A DNA stretch of 63,468 nucleotides, counting the filler, from Welwitschia mirabilis (Eukaryota), in NCBI GenBank assembly GCA_051453625.1. It is 5 parts of one record of this genome, joined end to end, with 100 filler letters (N's around TTAATTAATTAA, not from the genome) between each part and the next. Parts side by side here need not be neighbours in the genome. Positions count along the whole stretch, not along the records: positions 25,030 to 35,733 come from JBOZIK010000001.1; 4 more parts are not named here. The stretch is one strand, 5' to 3'. How positions within the stretch are numbered: the first letter of the stretch is position 1; each line of letters starts with the position of its first letter. Below, piece after piece: positions 25,030-35,833 of the stretch. A model generated the notes under the pieces. The model was not told the DNA's origin, searched no databases, and saw nothing but the letters and a program-made list of their open reading frames with translations. The translations under genes were made by a program, and so were the position numbers.

Positions 25030-27611
25030 ATAAAAGTGATTAGATGAGGTTGAATCCCTAAGATTTTCTTCATTAGTTCTATATAGATTTTGAAAAGAAA
25101 AAGGGGAATAATAAGGTGGTTGAAAAAAAGAATGGATCCTATCCCTAATCTCAACATTTCTTTGTGTTGGTCTTCCTTTTCCTGCAAAAATCTCTCTAAG
25201 TGTTTCCTTACCATTTTCCTTAAATTCTTTTCTTCCTTCTTCTCCAAAAAGATTTTGAATTGTTTTCTTATCATTTTCCTCAGATTCTCTTCTCCTTCTC
25301 TCAGTAATAAGTTTCCAAACTGTTTTATTGCTATCTTTCTTAGGGTCTTCTCTAAATGTTATCTTTTTCCTAAGAATTTTTATATAGGTGGCTTGATCAC
25401 TNNNNNNNNNNNNNNNNNNNNNNNNNNNNNNNNNNNNNNNNNNNNNNNNNNNNNNNNNNNNNNNNNNNNNNNNNNNNNNNNNNNNNNNNNNNNNNNNNNN
25501 NNNNNNNNNNNNNNNNNNNNNNNNNNNNNNNNNNNNNNNNNNNNNNNNNNNNNNNNNNNNNNNNNNNNNNNNNNNNNNNNNNNNNNNNNNNNNNNNNNNN
25601 NNNNNNNNNNNNNNNNNNNNNNNNNNNNNNNNNNNNNNNNNNNNNNNNNNNNNNNNNNNNNNNNNNNNNNNNNNNNNNNNNNNNNNNNNNNNNNNNNNNN
25701 NNNNNNNNNNNNNNNNNNNNNNNNNNNNNNNNNNNNNNNNNNNNNNNNNNNNNNNNNNNNNNNNNNNNNNNNNNNNNNNNNNNNNNNNNNNNNNNNNNNN
25801 NNNNNNNNNNNNNNNNNNNNNNNNNNNNNNNNNNNNNNNNNNNNNNNNNNNNNNNNNNNNNNNNNNNNNNNNNNNNNNNNNNNNNNNNNNNNNNNNNNNN
25901 NNNNNNNNNNNNNNNNNNNNNNNNNNNNNNNNNNNNNNNNNNNNNNNNNNNNNNNNNNNNNNNNNNNNNNNNNNNNNNNNNNNNNNNNNNNNNNNNNNNN
26001 NNNNNNNNNNNNNNNNNNNNNNNNNNNNNNNNNNNNNNNNNNNNNNNNNNNNNNNNNNNNNNNNNNNNNNNNTCTGAACTGACAATATAATAATACCTGC
26101 AAATAGAAAACAATAGAAAACAAATAAAAAACAACACTATCGTCTTGTCTATTATGGAGATGACAGAGGAAACAACACTTACAGAAAACCAAAAAACATA
26201 AATAGAAACAAAAATTAAAACAGAAGGCAAAAACACAGGAAATAGGACTATCGTCCATCTGGTCATTAGAATGTCATAGGAGATGATAGAAAATAATTTA
26301 TTTTAGAAAAAACCACAATCCAAAAATAAAANNNNNNNNNNNNNNNNNNNNNNNNNNNNNNNNNNNNNNNNNNNNNNNNNNNNNNNNNNNNNNNNAAAAA
26401 TGAAAAAGAAAAACTAAAAAATGGCACATAGAAAACCTACAGATCCTAATAAAATATAACACCATACAGACAAATAATCAAACTGAGATCCAATATACTT
26501 ACTTGAATCACAATAACCCTTGTACGCCTCAATAGCCTTCCCTAGTAATGATGCCAATTTGTTATAGTTTGTATTTGTGCATGCTTTTATATTCAAAGAG
26601 ATCCTGTCATTAAGAATCAAAATAGATATTATGCATAATACATCATGTAAGTATAATGGAAGTAACCCGAAGTATTGTATCTCATTGAAATCTATGNNNN
26701 NNNNNNNNNNNNNNNNNNNNNNNNNNNNNNNNNNNNNNNNNNNNNNNNNNNNNNNNNNNNNNNNNNNNNNNNNNNNNNNNNNNNNNNNNNNNNNNNNNNN
26801 NNNNNNNNNNNNNNNNNNNNNNNNNNNNNNNNNNNNNNNNNNNNNNNNNNNNNNNNNNNNNNNNNNNNNNNNNNNNNNNNNNNNNNNNNNNNNNNNNNNN
26901 NNNNNNNNNNNNNNNNNNNNNNNNNNNNNNNNNNNNNNNNNNNNNNNNNNNNNNNNNNNNNNNNNNNNNNNNNNNNNNNNNNNNNNNNNNNNNNNNNNNN
27001 NNNNNNNNNNNNNNNNNNNNNNNNNNNNNNNNNNNNNNNNAAGTGCATGTCTTTCTACAATACTCAAGATAGATCTCCCACCCTTCAATCTTCTATTATA
27101 AGAATGTCTGGTGCATTGAAGATGATCAAGAGAGTCGAAGGAGGACTTATTTATAAGAAAATACAATAGAAAAGGATAGACAGAAGTTACAGTTAGGCAC
27201 ACTCATTAAGGACTCAGAAATGGATGAGGGAATCTATCAGTGACAGTTACATGTCAGTGTCATCTAGGATATCATCCGAATGACAGAGGGATGATAGTAC
27301 ATCATAAAATATCTTCAAAATGATGACTTAGCAGTCCACATCAGTAGTCATCATCTTGCTTGTTGTGTGGATAATGGAGGGGACAACGGTCCTTTCTAAT
27401 GATTTTCTTGAGGAGAAACTTAACATTTTTATCATGAAAGCTCTATTCATCAGAAATTGCCTCTAATGCATCAAATTTGGATAAGAATTGCACTTTTCTT
27501 AGATTTCCCCTTTTATCTCCAAAATCCTCAGAATCACACCTAAACCTGTATAAAGTCTAGTAAAACAACTTATGAAACCCCATCAAATAACTGTAAATTG
27601 AAAGCACAACA
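25030..27611 (-). mobile_element. Athila-lineage element: 5' LTR (26560-27611), PBS (26539-26556) and start of internal ORF (25030-25401)
   Basis: Minus-strand LTR start TGTTGTGCTTTCAATTT...ATTTGATGGGG is homologous to the LTR at 57214. PBS TGGCATCATTACTAGGGA. 25030-25210 is homologous to 41975-42150. Confidence 0.8.
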
Positions 27612-28902
27612 TATAGTTTGCCATCAATGTTAAAAGGGGAGATTGTTAAGTTAATATTTAATAAGTTAATGTCAAGCTAACATTTTTGGTTTAGCAAAAT
27701 GTGTTGTATCTTATGCAAAAAATATTAATTCTTGTAGGTCAAAAGCTAAAATATTTTATCACAAATCTTACTTGAACCTAATAAGTTTTACACCCTTTAA
27801 GAGGTCAAATAGATTCCTAAAGGGTCAATCAAGCCTGAATTATAAAGTGTTAAAAATAGATTATAGAGGTGTTAAACAAATTCCAGAAGGGTCAACCAGA
27901 TCTGAGCATCAAATTTATCACATCTGATCATCAAGGAGTTAATTGGATTCTAGAGGGGTTGATTGAATTTGGAGTGAAATGTTTCCATCCTAACTAAATT
28001 CATGAGGAGTCAATCAGACTTGGGTCATACATATAGTTTTACATTTTTCTGGATATGGGGTCAACTAGATAAATGTGCAGTTGACCAGACATGCGACCAA
28101 CTAGATTCCTATGGGGTCAATTAGACATGAAGTTGTAAGAAACTTAGGTTTGACTAGAAAAAGCTGAGGACGATTATCTTTAGTGACAACACCAAATGAG
28201 GTTGACTAGATATTTTAAGGGATTGACTAGCCATGATGGAAATAGGATTTTTCTAGCCATTTGAATATCTATTTTTATTTATTGGAGAATTTTTTTACTT
28301 GTAAAACCTTAAAAAGCTTCTCTTATATATTTGCCACTAGTTAAAATCATTAAACAATTTTTGGTATCACTATGGAACTTTTTTGGTATATCTTTTCTTT
28401 GACTAAAGATGAACAAATATATTTTATCAACATTTGTACGTAGTAAATCAATTTTCACTATACATTTTTGGATTATACTATTATCTTAAGCAGTGTAGTA
28501 ATATTCTTATTGAGCTTTAGATTTGATGGAACCTATGCATTATGGAACGCCATTATTACCACATAGCATTCTCTCTAAAGATTGAGACTGAGCCTTAAAA
28601 AGGTCTAATTATAAAGGTTATAGGTGAATCTGGAATACCTAGAAAGAGATTAATTAATATCTAGATCAGGCTTAGGTTGAAGTTGATTTCCGAGAGTGGA
28701 GTAGGGGGTTTTTCGAATCATTATAAATTATGTGTTAATTTCCATTGGTACTTTTGTGCTTTTAATTCTTTACGTTCAGATTACTTTCAGTTTTTCATTT
28801 ACATAAATATTTTAGCATTCATTTATTATGTAGATAGCTTGTGAATATTTTTGTTTAATTTTTAAATCCTATTCACCCCCTCCTAGGGTTTTAGATTCTT
28901 CA
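27612..28902 (+). mobile_element. Sirevirus (SIRE/Copia) PPT and 3' LTR (27644-28902)
   Basis: TTTGCCATCAATGTTAAAAGGGGAGAT|TG matches the Sirevirus PPT signature. The LTR ends CCTATTCACCCCCTCCTAGG...TTCA. Repeated GTCAACYAGA/GTTGACYAGA motifs lie at 27820-28230. Confidence 0.85.
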
Positions 28903-31900
28903 ACTTCATGACATTAAAAATGTATAGTTTCATAGTCATATTGCTAAAGAATATTTTCATTAACTCATTCTTACAATTGATTTAGGCATTTGAAGGTGCT
29001 GAGAATGGTCTTTTTAAAATAATAAGCATTGATTGGTTTGTTGAGTTTTTCTTGTCTAAAACCACAAACTCCACTAGAAAGTAACAATTATCAATCCTAG
29101 TAAAAACATTTTCTATGACTTCTAATGGTGTTTTTATAGAGTTGTTGGATAACTAAAGTTGGAGTTTTGTGTTCTTAAACCCTTCCAAGCCTAACTCATT
29201 GTAGATTCCATAGGAGCATAATTTACGCTAGTCCCTAAGTCTAATAGATCTTAGTTAAGTCACTTATTACTATGGTAATAGTGATTGTGGGGTGCTTAGG
29301 GTTTTTGTACTTGGGTATAAATTGAAAGATTGCACTTGTTTATTATACTAGAAAATATTCTCTTTATATTTATGCCTATTTTGATAATGCACATGTCTTT
29401 AAGGAATTTTGCATAAGAAGGCACTTGTTTGATGGCTTTTAGGAGAGGAATGTTTACCTTAAATTATTTGAAAATTTTTAGAGTCTCTAACTATTTTTTT
29501 TAATATTATCCTTCCTAAGTTATTGAGGAAAAGCTAATGGTTCTTTGTATAGAGGCAAAGGTTCTTTGTTCCTATCCTTTTCTTTATTTTTATGGATTTT
29601 GATTTTTCCTTGGTATTATTTTGCATGGATGGATTTTCTAACTCTTTTTCACTATTGAGGTATTTAGATGTGATTTCTTTTAAGTGTCCTACACCTTTAG
29701 TAAACCTACCTCCCTTATGAGGAATTTACCCATTTCCCTTTTGTTTAGGGTGAAAATGATTTGGGTTTGAATTTGTTAAAGTTGTTAGATAACCTAGGTA
29801 ATGGATTTCATGTTTTTCTCAAGGATGTTTCATATGGAGAACTAATAATTTAGAGATTGTTCATGGTTTTTATTAAGTTTAACTTGAGTTTCCATGAATT
29901 TTCTAACTAAATCCTCAAAGGAAGTGGATGAGGATGGTTTTTAATAATTAAAAGTAAAAGGGTGAGAGGACGATGATGCATATTATTTTCTTGGATAATT
30001 TTAGTTATTCTATTTCCAAGAAAAGTTAGGATGATTTCTTGACCTAGGATTATATGTGTTTGAGTAGTAATCATTTTTAGGATTTTGCCATTAGTGCTCA
30101 ACTACATTTACTTACTTATTTACTATGTTTTGAAATAGAGGAATGAAGGCAAATTTCATAGTTTCATAAGTATGAATGTCGAAAATCAAACATTCAGGGT
30201 TAGTAACCATGGATGAAGGTGAAGATGAGGTGGTCAAAGACCCTAACTTCCTCACTAATTCATATATTTTGTTATTTATCTTAAAATTTTCTAGAACCTT
30301 AAAAACAATTGTGAACCTAATAGGATGGTGAGATCTTTAAGGATAAGTAGGTTTTTTTCCAATTCTTTGAACTCTTAGCTATACTCTCTAGGTATTCTCA
30401 AACTTCATCTAGAGGCACAGTAAGGAAATTATTCCCACTTATCATTTCAATTAATTAGCAATTATTGGCAAACAACCCCTTATAAAAAAAGCTAATTTCC
30501 CTTCTTAGCTCAAAACCATGTTGGGAGCATTTTTTTTTAATAAGTTCTTAACTCACTCTAAGATTTGAAAAAATGTCTTATGATATGTTTATTGAAAATT
30601 CATTATCTCCTCCTTTAAAACAGTTGCCTTATGATTCAGAAAGAAATTGAATATGAAAGCCTTACTTAGGTCAATCCAATTTATAATAGAGTAGGGTTCA
30701 AAGGTGTATAACTAGGATTTTGCCTTCTATTTAAAGGAAAAGGGAAATAGGATAAGCCTAAGTGCATCATGAGTGTTTAGGTACTAAGGAATAATTGATA
30801 AGACACATTTAAATTTTTTGAGATAAAGATACAATTTCTCAGACTCTAGTCCATGAAAATACGACAAGAGTTGGATAGTAAAGGGTTTGAATTCTAGCCT
30901 TTAGTTAATGGATAACATCATGATGCATGAGAATATTCCTAGGCATTAGAGTTGGAGATAAACATAAAGGATTTGCCTAGATTAGTTTGTATTAGTAGCA
31001 ATAGGGATGGTAGCTTGTTGTTTAGATATCTTTTGGGTAAGGTAGTAAGTTGTTAAATGGGCTATGAGGTCTTAAGTAGATGTAGCTCCACTAATTATGT
31101 TGTTTGAATCATGCTACTATTGTTAATGAAGTGAGGGATCTTACTAATGGTTGTTCGAGTCATTCTAAGAGGTGGAGATTTATTCTTATTAGGAAAATTC
31201 AAGGGGTTGGTTTCCATTTCAGGATATGAGCTCTATCATTTTTTTAGGCTAAGTATAGGGATCCATGTTGTTATGAGTTAATCTTCTAGTTTTGTCATAG
31301 GTCCAATGCATATAAGAGAATATTTTAATTGAGTTTCAGATAAATTTTAATTTGGATTTCATAGATCCTATACAATAGAGAAGGTTAGGGTTTTGCATAG
31401 AGGGCTTAGTCAAAATCTTAAAGCATTCTGGGTTAAAAATATGGTAGTGCCAGTGAGGCAAGGTGACGGAACTAGTTAAGTTCTAAGTTTTAGTTTTGGT
31501 TTTTCTAGATGGGTTTATAGAATATGCATAGAATGATTGCTGTAATAGGTATTGAAAAAAAATAAAAATAAAACTAAGATAATGAACATGAGCTAAACAT
31601 TATGAAAATCATGATAAATATTTTTAGATATTTTAATGTTTAAAATACATAGTAAAATCATAGAAACAGAAATGCAGAAAATCATAAAAAAAATATGACA
31701 AGAATAGGAAATAATGTAATGTAATGTAAAGTTAATTAATTTTTTTTCAAAAAAAGTTTTTAAGTTTTACTCTAAAAGCAAACTATAAACAAAATGTTAA
31801 ACCTTTATTAAAACAAGTTAGCAAAAAATCAAACTTTAAAAACAAGCTAGACTAGTTTGTTTCACTAGAATGATCAGTATCAACCACTAGAGGAAAAACT

Positions 31901-33422
31901 AAATACATAAAACAAAAAGGAAAATGGCTAGTTTATGTATTACTAGAAGGAGAACTAGTACCCACCATTGAAAAGACAAAAGCTATTTACAAAGACCTTT
32001 AAAAAGAAAAGTAGTACTCCTTTGAGCTACTTCCATCCTGTTATCCTTAACAACGGTGCTAAAATCTATTCATTATTTGAGAATGTCTAGATTTAATCTA
32101 AGTTTACACTTAATTATCATTCTTCCTCAAGGATAATGTGGATATTGGTTCAGGAGTTTTTCACTAATTATCTTAATGAAAATTATAGAGTTTAAGAAAA
32201 GAAAAAGAAGTGATAAAATTATAGTATAATGTCTCAGATTTAAGTTAAGTTTTCAATTAGCTATCATTCTTCCTTAGGGGTAATATGGATTTAGGTTTAG
32301 AATTACACTAACTTGAATCTTAATGTCAGTTACAAAGAAAAGAGAGAAAATAACAGAAGAGATGAATTAATCTTTAGAATTTGAACTTCATCTTAGAAAT
32401 AAGGGAAGTGAACTTGCTTCAAGATGTTATTGGTTAGTTCTTAAGTACTCCTTTATCACCCTTTGCTACAAAATACTTTAAACTATCAAGTGCATTTGGC
32501 TTAAGTCATGGGATATAATCTTGTCCTCCATATCATAATTAGTGAAATCACTTAACACTTTAATCTAAAAATAACAATAGAAGCTAAGGACTTTTAAAGT
32601 ACTCAAGATCTATGAAATTAGAAGAATAAGTAATAAAAGTAACTCACATAAATAAGACTAATTTGATAATTAAAGTAGCCACCTAAGAATTTCAATTATG
32701 ATGTTACTCACAAATCAAAATAAAAAATAACTTTTATATTGCAAAATAAGAATAATCTTAAAGTAAAGAAAGAAGAAAGAAGAAGAAATCCTCATAAAAT
32801 TCTCAAAGAATAGCTCACTTCCCTAAAGAGTTACCTAGAAAGCCATCACAATTCGATGCTCTAAAGTACTCCAATTCTCCAATGTAAAATATCAATACAA
32901 TTAAGGGTTCAATATCCTTTTATGAGGTGACAGGGGGATGAAGGGTGGTTATATTTTTGGCTTGTAACATTAGGTATAATCTTTATCATTTAGCATTAGG
33001 TAGATAAGATTTTGTCTTGTAGTTTTAGATAGATTAGATTCAATCCTATAGCATTAGGTATAATTTTTATCATTTAGAATTTGCTAAAGGTTGTCTTATG
33101 TTATTGAATAGAAATCGTCACATAGCTCTAATGACACCTCTGCATGCATCTGCCATATTTTTTCAAATGCTTTTGCTATGTGTTACCACCTCAGGTCTTC
33201 TTTACCATCGTGATTTTGTGTGGAGTTGTGTCCATATTCCGTCACGTGTTTCAAAAGTGGCTAAATATTTGCAGTTTAATATGGAGAAAAACATAACATT
33301 TAATTTTATTTTAAAAACAATAAAAGACATATTTTATGATTAAAATAATTAAATTAATGTCTTTATTTATAATAAATTGGCATAAAACACGTGATATAAA
33401 TTTCAATTTTTATATGTTAGCA
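28903..33422 (-). mobile_element. Athila-lineage element B: LTR (32067-33422), PBS (32044-32061), degenerate gag and protease
   Basis: Gag LRLILFPFSFK*KAKS*L...INWIDLSKAF at about 30600-30770, NIPLLKAIKQVPSYAKFLKDMC at about 29390-29455, and protease end IILKRPFSAPSNA*INCKNE at about 28960-29025. PBS TAGCACCGTTGTTAAGGA. LTR start is homologous to the element A LTR. Confidence 0.88.
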
Positions 33423-34816
33423 TACCTCCTAACCAGTCTTTTATGAGTGCCTTAGCAAAAAGTCAATGACAAAATGGTTAAACATGAAAAAATTGTTTAT
33501 GTCAAAAGTGTGTTAAGTGTGCAAATGATGTAACTTGAAAAATTTTATGGGTAGTTTTATGTGATTAAGAAATTGAAGTGAAAAATTTTAGTAAAAAATA
33601 AGATGCCATACCCCCAATTAAACTCGACTTTGTCCTTAAATTTTATGGTAAAAATGTTAACTTATTTAAGAACATAGGCGCAGACAGATTATGAAGAATT
33701 CTTTTATTGAAAATAATGTAAATTAAGCAAAGAAAAAAGGTAAGATATTTACAATATAATATGTGCTAAGTGGAAAAACTATATATAAAAATAGTTAATG
33801 CCTTAGGAGTTATTTCTCATGAAAATGTTATGAAGTAGAATGTAGTGAAGTCATGCAAGGTATAAATGGAGTGAAACTAGAAACCAAATGAATAAACAAT
33901 CAAACTATCCTAAGTTATTAGCCCTTTATTATATTTTTGTATTTTTAGTAAACTGTGTTATCAATCAAGTTAAGTCTTAATCAAGTAACCTATAGGAATC
34001 TAGAGAATCAATGCAAATCCTAAGTATGAAAGTTAACAGATAATGGTTCACATAAGGCCTCAGATTTCCCCCTTTTTATTCCTTTATTTTACATTTCTAC
34101 CTTTACATATGTTCTTAGTATTATGCTTTCAAATCACATTGAGCATCCATTATTACAACATTTTCTACCAACAGAGTTAAGCATGTTGCATTTTGCAGAA
34201 ATCAGTGTTGCATTGTCAGTGATGTTTATAGCTCCAATGTAGTTGAATATGTCACAATTTAGATCATTAAAGCTACATTGTAAGCAGTTGTTTAGCCTCA
34301 ATGTATTTAACTAAACCCAACTAAGTGATTAGTGTTATGTGAATTTGGAGAAGAGATATATATTATTTTCTTTTCTTCATATTTCCATAGTCATTTTTTA
34401 TGTACTTCTAGGGGGTCACTAGATCATTAGCTTAGTTAAGATAAATTTTATTTCCATTAAAGGTTTTTTACTTAAAGGGTACATACGAAGATAAATCTCA
34501 CATTTTCAACCAAGTTTTACCAAAATTAGAGACCCTGACCAAATGCATTCTTACTAACCTACTCAGAATAGGTGTTCTTTCCCTTAAAATCCCATAAGTA
34601 AACTTAATTTTGACCATTACTTAGGTGATAAAATAGTCAATTATTATTGGTTTTTTTATTTTAAGGGATTTTAACTTGGATCAGTAAGTCTCAAAAACTC
34701 ATGAGTTGATGGTTCAAGTGGATGGTTTATGCTTTAATGGAGTGATTTATCAATGGATTTGGTAAATGATAAGGTTCAAAAGGGTGGTAAGATAAATGCT
34801 AATGTCTCAGGCAGTG
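33423..34816 (-). mobile_element. 3' non-coding internal region and PPT of an upstream element sharing the 32067-33422 LTR
   Basis: PPT CTGGTTAGGAGGTA abuts the LTR start. The region is colinear with parts of element A 19300-21135, including the twin-hairpin block and GGGGGTATGGCATC. Confidence 0.8.
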
Positions 34817-35733
34817 TGTTGTAACGCCAACTTAAGTGTATTTGATAGGGTATTTTGAGTTGTTTTGTAGATAAACTAACAGATAAATGCCTAGTTCCTA
34901 TGACAATTGAGAATCCAGGAACACAAGATGAAAACATGCAGTTTATCAGATAATTCACGAAGATTTCATATAGATATGGATAAATTGTATTTTCAGAAGA
35001 TCATTTCTGCAAACAACCAGATATCACACAGACAAAGGATGAGTATAAGATTGTTCTTCCCCTTGTCGTCCAGACGATAGTCAAGACGACAACCCTAATT
35101 CGACATAAGATAGACTTAATTTCAAATAACTTATAGTTGAAGTGAAGATCTTATTGATAGACTCCATCGTCCACCTCATCGTCCAGACGATACTAGTGGA
35201 CGACATCTCCAAAATCAGTCAACAACAGTTTGCATGAAGATCACAGATAGTTAAACTAGAATAAACTAAGATAACTTATTGTAAATCCATGTCGTCTTCT
35301 CAATCGTCTGGACAACAGCCTGGATGACACTATTCTCTGATACTTTTACAGATTGTATTCCCGAGTTGTCGCTTGTTAATTGCGACTTTCCCTTTTATGT
35401 TAGCTAGAGTTTATGTTATGCTTTTCTGCTAGTCCCTTTTTCCCTTTCTACCTATAAATAAGGTCTTCCCCTCGATTCCTAATCATCTTTGACAGTACCT
35501 GACATTCTCGTGACAGGAGATCTTGGAACCGGAGAACCATCTTATAATCCAGAGAGATGTTACCTTAGTGTTGGGTGGTGTATCCTCCATTTAGGAATAG
35601 CTACTTTGAGATACAGATGCTCTTTTTACATTTTTACATGAATTACTCTTTTTAATAATTGCAAGAACTTATCCCTCATAGTTTATGTTGTTCTAGATTT
35701 ATGACAGGTTTCTTTAATTATATAGATTATGAG
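34817..35733 (+). mobile_element. Athila-lineage LTR (cut by scaffold end)
   Basis: Starts TGTTGTAACGCCAACTTAAGTGTATTTGATAGGG, is colinear with 62678-63468, and has CCTATAAATAAGG at about 35451. Confidence 0.8.
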
Positions 35734-35833
35734 NNNNNNNNNNNNNNNNNNNNNNNNNNNNNNNNNNNNNNNNNNNNTTAATTAATTAANNNNNNNNNNN
35801 NNNNNNNNNNNNNNNNNNNNNNNNNNNNNNNNN
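35734..35833. other. Artificial scaffold joiner N44-TTAATTAATTAA-N44
   Basis: Same 100-nt construct. Confidence 0.97.

Noticed and set aside
35065..35330. CRISPR-like array suggested by regularly spaced palindromes
   Set aside because: The repeats are degenerate, spacing is about 100 nt, they lie inside plant LTRs, and there are no cas genes.
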